Assembly (NCBI RefSeq): GCF_018350175.1
Contig: NC_058368.1
Coordinates: 88,600,001 to 88,664,000, forward strand
DNA from: Felis catus
Taxonomy: Eukaryota
Direction of reading: 5' to 3'
DNA: 64,000 nucleotides
Both the position numbers and the translations under genes were made by a program. Positions 1-11,019 of the stretch are shown here, piece after piece. Under the pieces are notes generated by a model that searched no databases, was not told where the DNA came from, and saw only the letters and a program-made list of their open reading frames with translations. Position 1 is the stretch's first letter. Every line of letters begins with the position of its first letter.

Positions 1-41
1 TGACTGTCTGTGCGTCCTTGTCAGTTCTGCCTATCTTTGTC

Positions 42-1977
42 ATGGGTCAAAATCAGAGTACCCCCACCCCTCTGAGTCTCATACTAACCCATTTCCAGGA
101 TTATAGGAGAGCTGCCTCAGTTTTCGGCCTCCACATTAAGCCGGTCCTTCGAACTCTCTGCAAGGTGGAATGGACCAGCTTTCCGGTCGAATGGCCTCCA
201 CAGGGGACCTTTGACCTTACTTTGGTATATAAGGTTCATGATATTGTCTTTTCTAGGCACAAAGATCAAATCTCATACATTGGGGCATGGAGAACCCTCA
301 TCGAAAACCCTCCAGATTGGTTAAAACTTCTCCTTCCCCTTCCCCCTTGCCCCCCTAAAATACAGGCTTTTACTACTCAAAGGCAGCCCATCTGGAGCTC
401 AAAATAAGAATCTTGATGGAACTAAGTGGCTGCTCCCTCTATCACCTGCACCAGAGGAAGAAGAAGAAACTTACCGCCCGCCACCCTATATTTCTCGCTC
501 AAAGAATACAAGTCAAGATGCTTCAGATCAGGAGGCAAGCCCGAGTCAGGACACTACCCTGAGCCCATCTCATACCTGGTCAGGGACTCCCTTCCATCCC
601 CCTCCCACTGCCCTGCCCCTTTGTCCAGGGCCACCCCTGCAGGGTGAAGTCCGACCCTTTATGACTTATGTACCCTTCTCCACTAGCGACCTTTATAATT
701 GGAAGCTTCAAAACCCCTCACTCTCAGAGAAACTCCAAACCTTAATTTATCTTCTTGAAACTATATTTGTGACCCACCAGCCAACCTGGGATGACTGCCA
801 GCAGCTCTTGCAGGTTCTCTTCACCACTGAGGAGTGAGATAAGATCTATCGCGAGGCCCTGAAATTAGTCATGGGGCCAAACGGGCAACCCACGGAGGAT
901 CCCGCTGTACTCAAGGAAGTTTTTCTTTCCTTGCATCCTGAAAATTGGGACCCAAACACTCCTCACGGTAGGCAATCATTGACCCTATTTTGCCAGACTC
1001 TACTGGGAGGTCTCCGAGCGACCGTCTGCTGGCCCACAAACATATCTAAGATAACAAAAGTAATTCAGGGGCCCCTCAACCTTCTTAGAAAGGCTCATGG
1101 AGGCATACTGCACCTTTACCCCTATTGACCCTGAGGCATCTAAAAATAGAAGGGCATTAAATCTGGCCTTTGTCTCACAGGCAGCCCCACACATTTGGAA
1201 AAAGTTACAAAAATTAGATGGGTTTGAAGGAAAAAAAATTATCTGAGTTAGTTGAAATAGCCCAAAAAGTTTTCAACAATAGGGGTTCTCAGGAAGAAAG
1301 ACAGAAAAAACAAATTTTGACTAGGGTGGTAGCAGCCGTCCTGGATGCCCGTGAGGGAAGAGGACCCAGTGCGAGGCTAAGAGAAAAATTACCAGGTGTA
1401 CTCACAACTGCAAAGAAAAGATCTTTCCCCTCCCCCCGCCTTTCCGAATCCAGCCAGGGCACGCCCAGTTGTAGTCTGACATAAAGGCGGGAACCAATCA
1501 AGTTCTGCTGAATGGTTTGAAATAAAGGCAGGAACCAATCGAGTTCTGCTGAGTGTTCAAATTTAAATGTCAACCAATAACAGCTCTGTAACCTCAAAAA
1601 ATCCCTAACTTGTTTGTGCCTGTCTATAAAAGAAGCTGTAAGATCCTTGCTCGGGGCCTCTTAGCGTCACCGGCAACGAGTGCGCGGAGGACCGGGTTCG
1701 AACCTGCAATAAACGACGCTTGCCGCTTGGCTTGGACTCTGGACTCTGGTGGTTTGTTGTCGGGGGGTCTCTCAAATCAGGGCATATCACCAGAACGCCC
1801 AAAGAATTCTGGTCTGGCCAAAAGAAAAAAGATAAACAAAGGGTTAAAGTGTCACTAGGAAAAAACCAGTGTGCATACTGCAAACAAGAGGGACACTGGA
1901 AAAAGGATTGCCCCAACTTAGCCCAACGCAAAATTTGGCCACCTCAGGTATCTGTGATGGGAGTCGATTTCGACTGA
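42..1977 (+). pseudogene. gag: ERV gag (MA-CA-NC), frameshifted and interrupted by a solo LTR
   Basis: Starts MGQNQSTPTPLSL (myristoylation-type MA). Contains capsid-like segments ([21 protein letters not shown]) and an NC zinc knuckle CAYCKQEGHWKKDCP, ending at TGA 1975-1977. Multiple stops and frameshifts. Confidence 0.92.
1352..1789 (+). mobile_element. Solo LTR of a different ERV family inserted in gag
   Basis: TG(1352)...CA(1789) ends, flanked by CCCG/CCAG (4-bp TSD with one mismatch). Has a duplicated CCAAT-containing unit (~1481-1552), TATAAA 1625-1630 and AATAAA 1708-1713. Removing it restores the gag frame (VLDA-R-TPKEF...CAYC). It does not resemble the LTR at 5051-5771. Confidence 0.88.
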
Positions 1978-4340
1978 TGGGGCCACAGCTTCGAGGCCCC
2001 TTCTGAGCTGTTGGTTACTGTTAATATAGGGGGCCAACCTAAGACCTTCTTGGTGGACACTGGGGCAACATTTTCAGTTCTAAAACAAGATCCTGGCCCC
2101 ACCAGGCAAGGGGCAACCCTGGTACAAGGAGCAACTGGGTCCCAGATTTGTTAATGGACCACTGAACAAGTAGATTTAGGCCGTAAAACTAGTACACATT
2201 CTTTCCTAATCATGCCTGAATGCCCCTACCCTGGATTACTAGGTAGAGACCTACTGCATAAACTAACGGCTTCTTTGAAATTCACTAAAGGTGGAATAAC
2301 CAAGGGAGTTCTGACTCAGCGCCTGGGACCTTGGCGCTTATTTATCCAAAAGACTGGACCCAGTTGCTTCCGGGTGGCCCCCATGCATTCGACAAATTGC
2401 CACCACCACACTTCTAGTTAAAGATGCAGACAAACTAACCTTGGGGCAAGCATTGTCTGTCACGGGGCCCCATGAAGTGGAAACTTTACTGCGGGCTCCC
2501 CCAGAGTGATGGCTGTCAAATGCTCAGATTACCCAATATCAAGCATTGCTACTCAACCAGCCCCAAATACATTTTTGTGCCCCCACCACCTTAAACCCAG
2601 CCACTTTGCTACCCGAAGGACAGAATCCCCCTCTGCACTTTTGCCCAGAAACCTTGGCAATGACCTCGTCCCTCCGCTCTGATCTTATGGACATTCCCTT
2701 ACAGGACCCTGATATCAGCATGTTTTCAGATGGCAGTAGTTTTATGTTTCAAGGGCAAAGGCATGCTGGTGCTGCAGTGATGACAGATCATGAAATTTTA
2801 TGGCAACAGACCCTTCCCCCAGGAACTTCAGCCTAACACGCAGAGCTCATCGCACTAACAAAAGCTCTAAAACTCAGAAGAAACAAGTCAGTTAACATTT
2901 ATACAGACAGCCGCTATGCTTTTGCAATTGCGCATGTACATGGATCCATTTATCAAGAACACGGTCTCCTCACAGCAGAAGGCAAGGCTGGCAATCATTC
3001 ACTGCCCAGGACATCAAAAAGGCAACTCCCTAGAGGCAATTGGAAACCGCCTGCCTGGCTGATGCAGCAGCCCGAGAAACTGCCCTAACTAAAAGTGAAA
3101 GTGCCTTGGAGCTACCGATCTTGACAGAGCCCTTGCTTCCAGCAGAGCCCAATTACACTCCTAAAGATTTGGAGTGGATTTCCAGAAAAGGGGGAAGTAA
3201 GATGCTGGGACAAAAGTGGTTTCAGGATCCTGAAGGTAAGATACTCTTACCTACGGCACTCGGGCAGCACATGGTGTGTCACCTCCACCAAGGGACTCAT
3301 CTGGGAAAAACGAAGATGGTGGAATTAGTGCGTAAAAAGTTCAGGACGCAAGGGCTGGGAAAAGAGATTCAAGAGATGGTTGAAAGGTGTGTAAGTTGCG
3401 CCCAAGTAAATCAGGGTCCAAACAGGAAGGTTTCAGAAGCTAAAAGAGATAGAAGAATTGAGCCAGGTCACTTTTGGGAAGTAGATTTTACTGAGATCAA
3501 ACCAGGGAAATACGGATATAAATACCAGCTTGTTTTTGTAGACACCTTCTCCGGGTGGGTCGAGGCGTTCCCCACTAAATCAGAAATGGCTCAGGCAACA
3601 GTTAAGAAATTATTAAATGAAATAATTCCTAGATTCGGGCTGCCTCTGAGCATAGGATCAGACAATGGCCTGGACTTCACGGTGCAGGTGTCCCAGGGTC
3701 TAGCCCGGGCATTGGGAATATATTAGAGATTACATTGTACATATAGACCCCAGAGCTCAGGTCAAGTAGAAAGGATGAATCAGACCCTAAAAGAGACCTT
3801 AATCAAATTGTCCCTTGAGACAAGTGAAAATTGGGTTGAGGTCATGCCTTTTGCCCTTTTGTGAACGCGTTGTCCTCCATTTGTCAAGGGATTTTCTTTC
3901 CCCTTTTGAAACTTTATTTGGCAGACCTCCACCTATCCTGCCGAGGCTAGGAGACGACGTAATGGAACAGTTGGAACAGGACCACTTGCTGGCTTCACTC
4001 ATGGCCCTGCAACATGTATGAAAGGAAATAACCAGGGCCTTGAAAGAAACCTTCACTCATCCTCCTGTTCTTCCCCAGCCTTTCAACCAGGAGACTTAGT
4101 CTAGGTCAAGAGGTACGAGCCTAAAACCCTGGAGCCGTGCTAGAAAGGACCACACACTGTGATTCTGACTACGCCCACGGCCGTGAAGGTAGATGGTGTC
4201 TAAACCTGGATTTATCACTCTCAGGTTAAGAAAAACTGCCTGAAGGTGGCAACACCCCAGACTGATAGAGATCCAGATAACAAATGGCAATGGAAGGTCC
4301 AAAGGCACCCAGAGGATCTTTAAAGATAAGACTGATGTGG
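1978..4340 (+). pseudogene. pol: ERV pro-pol remnant: protease, RT connection, RNase H and integrase; RT polymerase core absent
   Basis: Protease FLVDTGATFSVL and LLGRDLL are joined in frame near 2290 to KGVLTQRLGPW...LDPVASGWPPC. RNase H motifs FSDGSS and YTDSRYAF are present. Integrase shows HHCC, WEVDF, FVDTFSGWVEAFP, GSDNG and SSGQVERMN. Several stops. Confidence 0.92.
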
Positions 4341-5030
4341 GCATAATAATAATTGTCTGGGTTTGTATGATGATAAGTGTGGGGGACTGTACGGAATTGC
4401 ATCCCCTATGTTTTTGGCCATACCAATGGAATTCAGGGACACTGTCACAGGGAAGGTGATAGCATCTAATACCTCTTCCACTCTGCCTTGTTTTTTGTTT
4501 GATTTATGCGACTTGGTGGGGGACTCATGGGGGACCAAAATTTCAAAACTGTAAGTGAGCAAGTAGACGAGACCTAGGCTACTTGGAAACTTCAATTTCT
4601 CGGCTAGAACACCAAGTAGACTCTTTAGCTGAGGTTGTATTACAAAACAGAAGAGGACTTAATTTACTCTTCATGAAGGAAAGGGGCCTCTGCGTGTCCC
4701 TCAGGGAAACATGCTATTTTTATGCCAACAATTCCGGAGTAATCCAAGACACTCTCAGTTTGGTCAGGGATAATCTTAGGACCAGGGAATGTGCCAGGGA
4801 GGCCAGCAATAATTGGTATCAGAGTTTATTCTCTTCTTGGTCCCCCTGGCTCACATCACTGCTCACCGCCATAGCTGGGCCACTGCTGTTGTTACTTCTC
4901 GGGTTAACTATTAGCCCATGAGGCTAATAGTTGGTAAAATAAAAGAGGCAAGTTGGTAAAATAAAAATTATGATGATTAGGTCCAATTATGTCCCCTTAG
5001 TTCCTAATGATGAATCAAGGGATTGATTCA
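4290..5030 (+). pseudogene. env: ERV env remnant, most of SU deleted; TM ectodomain and membrane anchor retained
   Basis: MEGP-like start overlaps the end of pol. ORF 4583-4921 contains the immunosuppressive domain LQNRRGLNLLF, a degenerate CX6CC (CVSLRETCY) and the anchor WLTSLLTAIAGPLLLLLLGL. Confidence 0.9.
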
Positions 5031-5050
5031 CTGACAAGAAAAGGGGGAAA

Positions 5051-5771
5051 TGTAAGGGTTAAATTGTAATGTAGGGCTAACGCTTAGCTTGAAAAATAAC
5101 AGCTTTGTGTTGACACTTAAGGTTAAAAGATAACAGCCTTGGGGCGCCTAGGTGGCACAGTCGGTTAAGCGTCCGACTTCAGCCAGGTCATGATCTCGCG
5201 GTCCGTGAGTTCGAGCCCCGCGTCGGGCTCTGGGCTGATGGCTCAGAGCCTGGAGCCTGTTTCCGATTCTGTGTCTCCCTCTCTCTATGCCCCTCCCCCG
5301 TTCATGCTCTGTCTCTCTCTGTCCCAAAAATAAATAAACTTGAAAAAAAAAAAAAGATAACAGCCTTGCTTTACTCTTGTAAATTACGCTTCATACTCTT
5401 GTAAATTAGGCTTCACCAATTAAGGAAACAAAAGTTCAAAGAAAAGAGCATCAGAGGCAGGGTCAAAGAGATCCACTGGTTGCAACTTAGAGGCAGAAAG
5501 TCTAAAATAAACACCTCATTAGGCAACTGTTTCTAACTCATCTGGCAACTGTTTCTAACTCATCTGGGAACTGTTTCTTTGTTCTGTTCCCAGGTGATGA
5601 TAAAACGATGTGATCCGCTATAAAAACTCTGTACCTTGGCTGTTCTGGGCCGCACTCTTATCAAGAGTGTTGGTCCCAATCCGTCAGCCTTGCCTCTCAT
5701 TGTAATAAACTTTGTTGTGACTGTCACTGGTGCCCATAGCATTCTGTTTCAGGAGTCATGTGGATGCAACA
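5051..5771 (+). mobile_element. 3' LTR of the ERV, interrupted by a SINE
   Basis: Starts TGTAAGG directly after the PPT and ends GCAACA. Has internal tandem units (tactcttgtaaatta-gcttca x2; ggcaactgtttctaactcatct x2-3), TATAAAA near 5619 and AATAAA near 5704. Confidence 0.88.
5141..5351 (+). mobile_element. Carnivore (feliform) tRNA-derived SINE
   Basis: GGGGCGCCTAGGTGG head, CT-rich segment and A tail; 16-bp TSD aaaagataacagcctt at 5125-5140 and 5352-5367. Confidence 0.95.
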
Positions 5772-6204
5772 GCTTCTCCCTTTGATCTCTAACGCTGACA
5801 CTCTAGACTCTCCTCACTTGTATTCTGTCTACAGGCTGTGTCTTCAGTCCCATAGCCTGAAGTAACAACAATGAGTTACCTCCCAATCTTGTCACCCAGC
5901 TTGGCCCTTACCCCGGAATCCAGACACGGACAGCCAACTTCCCACTCATCGGTCTGAGAGGCAACTCAGGCACCCTAGGTCGAACGCAGAGCTCCCAGTT
6001 TCCCCATTCTGCCTCTCAATCTCATATTTCCCAAGAAAGGCACCACAGCCACCCATCCAGTCAACACAGGAGGGGCAAATATAAACAAAAAGGGCTTGGG
6101 GTACAGGAGGTGTGGATATAATCCTCTGGATTTTATATGTACGTCTATATTGTTCAGATTTCTTCCCAATGGATGTGCACTATTAAAAAAAAAAAAGAAA
6201 AAAC

Positions 6205-7200
6205 ACCTTTATTTTTTAGAGCAGTCTTAGGTTCACAGAGATTTTGAGAGGAATGTACAGAGAGTGCCCATATACCCCTGCCCCCAACATCCCACACGAG
6301 ACAGGAGCATGTTACAATGTTGAACCCACACTGGCACATCATGATCATCCCAAGTCCAGTTTACAGTAGGGGCCATGCCTCTGTTGTACAGTCAGTGGGT
6401 TTGGACAAATGTGGAGTGACATGTATCCATCATTATATCATGCAGAGTAGTCTCATTGCCCTACAAATCCTCTATGCTCCACCTATTCATCCCTCCCCTC
6501 CTTTGGTGAACAAATGATTCATCATCCATTCAACAAATAATGTTTTGCTTCTTCCTTTTATGCGAGGCATTTTCTAGGCACCAGTACAGTGAAAAGCAAG
6601 ACAAAGGTCCTGCTCTCAGGAAATTTGTATTCTAGACGCAGAGCAGAAATAAACAAGAGAACAAATAAGTGAACAAGATAAATTCAATACTGTGAATTGA
6701 CAGGGACTATCCTGGGAAAGTGTAGGGTAGGGTATGGATGGAGACCAAAGAAGGCCCTAGAAGAGAGGGTGACATTTTAATGAACCCTAAGTGATAAAAA
6801 AGAAAAAAATTCCAACTGTTCAGGGGTGCCTGGCTGGCTCAGCCAGAAAAGCATCCAGCTCTTGATCTCAGGGTTGCAAGTTTGAGCCCCATTCTAGGTG
6901 TAGTGATTACTAAAAAATACATAAATAAAACTTGAAAAAAAAGCCAATTGTGCAAAGATCTAGGGGAGGAGCCCTGCAAGCAGAGACAGCAGGGAGTACA
7001 GAGGCACTGAGTTAGGGCAAACTTGGTGCTTCCAAGGAAGGAAAGGCAAAGAAGCCAACACGTCTGGGGTACGTAGATACAAGAGGATGACAAGAAGGGA
7101 GGACAAGGCGGCTGGTCATGTAGGGTCTTACAAGTAGAGCAAGGAGTACATGCTTCTTCCTCAGAGTGACTGTATGTGTTTTGAAAAGACAACTCTGTTG
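6205..7200 (-). mobile_element. Ancient LINE fragments (L1M 3' end followed by L2-like sequence), with a short SINE at ~6823-6941
   Basis: Motifs resemble an L1M 3' UTR (ttttttagagcagtcttaggttcacag) and an L2 3' end (ttcatcatccattcaacaaata); identified by recall. Confidence 0.5.
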
Positions 7201-7224
7201 CCTCCCCCACTAAAAGGAATCAGT

Positions 7225-7437
7225 GTGACCCCAGATGACCCTCGTGAAGCCAAAGATACACCCCAGTAATGCACAGAACATTGAGAAATGATAAATCACT
7301 GTCTTTTTAAGTCCCTAGGTTTGGCGGTACTGAGTGACCCCAGATGACCCTCGTGAAGCCAAAGATACACCCCAGTAATGCACAGAACATTGAGAAATGA
7401 TAAATCACTGTCTTTTTAAGTCCCTAGGTTTGGCGGT
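7225..7437. repeat. Perfect 104-bp tandem duplication with a 5-bp spacer, in a MaLR-like LTR fragment
   Basis: 7225-7328 equals 7334-7437, separated by ACTGA. Confidence 0.93.
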
Positions 7438-8126
7438 GCTTTGTTATGCGTCAAAAGATAACTGATGATGTTCCAGCTCTGTGATTTCAGTTACACTACC
7501 GCTGCCCTCCTCTGGGGGTGAGAGACAGTGCTGAGCTGAGGACTGCCAATGTGGGAGAAACACCTTAGTTGCCCATGACACTATGTACTTCAAGGATAGT
7601 TGGGTACATAACATCAAAACACTGGAAGTCCTTGTGAACTCTAACCTTAAAACAAAATGTATTTTCTGGGCCTGACACTTCTAAAAGTAGTCCAAAGCAA
7701 CAAGACTTCCTCCTAACCTGGGGGGGGGGGGCGGTGGTGGTGTCCCCATGTATCTCTGGTGCTCAGATTTTCATCTCTAATACTGAGAACAGGACTCTTG
7801 GAGGACAATAAATCCCATAACTCAGGGCAGGGGAAAAATCAAGATGGCTCTGGAACATTCTGGTGTTGCTAGAAAATAAGATGCTTTCAAAGGTGTCAGA
7901 GGACAGACTAAAATAGCAAAGGATCAAAATTGTAAACAGACCACCACTGTGGATCTGTGACAACTTCAGCATCTAATAATAATACAGTATAGTTACCACT
8001 TCACAAGTTGAATCTGCAAAGGACCATGAGTTCATTATAATATCAAAACATAAAAGTTAAATTAACACAAAATATATAGAGCCAATAATGAATAAAATAA
8101 AACAGCAGACAAAATCAGTCACTAAT

Positions 8127-8184
8127 TAAAGTCAACAAAGGAAGAGATACAGACTACCCGAGAATCCTTCCTTTGTTGACTTTA
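8127..8184. repeat. Perfect 18-bp inverted repeat with a 22-nt spacer
   Basis: taaagtcaacaaaggaag (8127-8144) is the reverse complement of cttcctttgttgacttta (8167-8184). Confidence 0.92.
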
Positions 8185-8377
8185 GTCAGCTGGGCCCTTT
8201 GACAACTTGATCACAACTGCATCACTTCAGGAAGACCCACACATGCAAGCAGGAAGGAGTGGAAAAGTCAGACAGCGCTGGGAAAATCAGGAACCAGAGG
8301 AAGCGTAGGAGAGATAATCCATCACCACAGTCACCGGATAACCAGGGACAAGGTAACCAATTTAAAAGAGGCCCAAA

Positions 8378-8612
8378 GGGGCGCCTGGGTAGCTCAGTAG
8401 GTTAAGCGTCTGACTTCAGCTCAGGTCCGATCTGATCTCACAGGTGTGAGTTTGAGCCCCAGGTTGGGCTCTGTGCTGAAGGCTTGGTGCCTGGAGCCTG
8501 CTTCACATTCTGTATCTCCCTCCCTCTCTGGCCCTGCCCCCCTCATGAGCGCTCGCTCTCTCTCTCGCTCTCTCTCTCTCTCTCAAAATAAACAAACATT
8601 TAAAAAAAATTT
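8378..8612 (+). mobile_element. Carnivore SINE
   Basis: Canonical head, (CT)n and A tail; near-TSD aaaagaggcccaaa / aaaagaggtccaaa. Confidence 0.92.
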
Positions 8613-9359
8613 TTAAAAAGAGGTCCAAAAGTGTTTACAAAAACTCGTGTCCTGGGTGCACCTCTCCCTTGCTGTATTTGAGAACTGAGACGATCCTGAC
8701 AGTTATCCTGGGATTCTGACACCTGCACTCACCCTGTGGGGGTTTCACGACTTCCTTGCAGACTACAGAAGGGTTGTGCTCCCCATAACCACATCTGCTC
8801 AGTGAGCTTCCCCCTCCATCATGACTCTCCATCCATACCCCAGATTCCACTATTCCTGTGCTGGGCTTGTCACAGCAAAAGAATTGCTTAGCCAGGCTGC
8901 CCAGCTCCCAAACTACAGTGGGTTATACAAGTGAACACCACTGTATGCACTTCCCATTGGGGTGGAGCTGGTTTCCTACCCCCTGAAACTGGGCTGGCCT
9001 GTGACTTGCTTTGGCAGGGCTCTCAACTCCTGCTCTCACTCTTGGGAATCCTGCCGTCGGCCCCACATGTGCCTGAGCACACACTGAGAGGAAGCAACAC
9101 AAGGACAAAGATGAGCCTTCCCAGTGCAGCCACCAGTGCCCCTGCCGGCCACAGATGCACAAGCCAACCTCAGGTGAACCTGGGCTGGTGCCCACGGTGC
9201 CAACCCACAGGACTGTGACTGCACGAACAGCTTTTACCACAAGCCACTACATTTGGAGAGTAGCTTGTGACATGGAAAAAGCTGTTACACTCCCTTCTAG
9301 AAGGTCTGCTCCTTTCCTCTCTGCCTTTCATATTTTTACCCATTAGGTAAGACCGACTC

Positions 9360-9562
9360 CAGGTGGCTCAGTGGGTTAAGCGTCTGACTTTTAATTTTGA
9401 ACCATGTAGTGATCTCGCTGTTTGTGGGATCGAGCCCCATGCTGGGCTTTGCACTGAAAGCATGGAGCCTGCTTGAGATTCTCTCTCTTTCCCTCTGTCT
9501 GTGCCTCCCCCTTTCAACCGCGCAGGCTCTATCTCTCTCTCTCTCTCTCTCTAAAAAAAAAG
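9360..9562 (+). mobile_element. Carnivore SINE, older
   Basis: ggtggctcagtgggttaagcgtctgact head, (CT)n and A tail. Confidence 0.88.
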
Positions 9563-10464
9563 ACTCTCTCCAGAAATCCTTCCTAACACCTGCCTTGCCT
9601 TGTCTCAGTCCTGCTCTCTCATTTTTTCCTGGCTTCGTAAATACAGTTCCTTTAAACCTGCGCACAGTGGTTGTGTTCCAGCATCCCTTCTTTTACCCAC
9701 TGTGATCAGGATGTGGGGAAGGACTCTTTGGTGAAGGTGAGCCAACCAGAGCCCTGTGGGTCCCACAATCACTGAATGGACCAGGGATGGACCTGGGACC
9801 CAATCATGCCAACCAGAATCTTCCCCCACACACTTTTCTAACATAGTCAGTGGACACAGGGTGACTTCCCCTCTGGTTCTATGCTATCAGCACCATGCCC
9901 CATCCTCTTTACCTGTGGGCACCCATCCCACAGCAGCTGTGAGAAGTGGCTCCTGATGGTCCCAGGTCCCAGGGAGAACTCTTCTAGCCCATGGCCACTC
10001 ATAGCCAACAACTGTTGACAGAGGATGAAAGCCTGGCCCGTTGACCCCAGGGGTACACCTAAGAGCTGTCCTTCTTGCTCCAGAGATCCTATGTGTGGGT
10101 CAGGCTAGGGCTGGATGTCACTTGAGACCATGTCCTGTCTCTGTCTTCTCCTGGGCTCTCCAACCACCCAGGCTTCACCTGAGAATTCGCACTTAGTAAG
10201 CCACATGCACCCGAATTCCTGGTTCAGGCTTCACTGCTGGGGACCTGCCTTAGCACAGGCCCTTTTTGGTTATGTCAGTGTGAGCTGCAGGGTTGCTATT
10301 TCTTGCTGAAATAATAATAAACCAGTAAAAACGATATGGCTTTGCCTGAGGGTTTCCTTGCTTAGATGAACAGTGCCCGACTTCTGCTGGCCCAGCCCTG
10401 CCTCCCTGCCCCCAAACCCCTGCAGACCAAGTCTTCCCAGTGAGGGCTCTGTAGCACAATTTAC

Positions 10465-10563
10465 CACTTTGTGTACAAAGTGGTCATGGATCAAGTCCTC
10501 TATGAAGGGCCAACCCATGGCAATGCAGTTTTCACCTTTGCTGAAGAAGATGGAGCTCATCCC
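10465..10563 (-). pseudogene. ALDH1L1: ALDH1L1 pseudo-exon (catalytic-Cys exon, about exon 19), inverted relative to the other exons
   Basis: 99 bp encode GMSSIFFSKGENCIAMGWPFIEDLIHDHFVHKV, against recalled human [33 protein letters not shown]. GT donor intact; acceptor AG lost (..tctgaat|GGG). Confidence 0.9.
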
Positions 10564-11019
10564 ATTCAGAGAATGGACAAGAATGCTGGCTTACAACCTC
10601 TCCCAAGTCACCAGCCCCCCCCCCCACATCCCATCGGCCCCCGGTACCCCTTCCTATAGGGAAGGGGAGGAATGTGTATGTCCTGACCTTTGATGGGATG
10701 GTGGGCCTGGCCCAGCCAGCTCTGGACATACAGGCTCCACTCATTCCTCAGTCACCTCAAGAGGAGAGATGAGTCCCATCCCTTGGGGACAACTGAGTCC
10801 ACACTGCAGAGAGTGGAGGACAAGAGGGAGTCAGGGAGTGAGCCTGGAGGCCCTTTATGCAGGTGTGCTCTCTGGGGTGATACAGGAGGGGTCAGAGCTC
10901 ATCCTCTTGGGGCTGAATCTGGAGGGTCTGTTAGCTTGGAGCAGGCAGCAGTCCCATGTCTTGGAAGGGACGGGGCGCCAGCTCAGGCCTCAGAGAACTC
11001 CTGGCAGGGGTCCAGAATA

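Larger units (their letters stand above)
1..5771 (+). mobile_element. Class I (gammaretrovirus-like) endogenous retrovirus, defective; 5' LTR lies outside the window
   Basis: gag, pro, pol and env remnants occur in canonical order, followed by a polypurine tract (aagaaaagggggaaa, ~5036-5050) and a TG...CA-bounded LTR. Confidence 0.95.

Noticed and set aside
4583..4921. Env TM ORF as a domesticated syncytin-like gene
   Set aside because: No true ATG or signal peptide, SU and fusion peptide are missing, the CX6CC motif is broken and it ends at a premature stop.
5372..5580. Short direct repeats as a CRISPR-like or novel array
   Set aside because: Ordinary tandem enhancer-type duplications in an LTR U3 region of a mammalian genome, with no unique spacers.
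9841..9880. Weak resemblance to the missing ALDH1L1 LELGGKSP exon on the minus strand
   Set aside because: The match is short and gapped, has no splice sites and is in the wrong order; probably chance.
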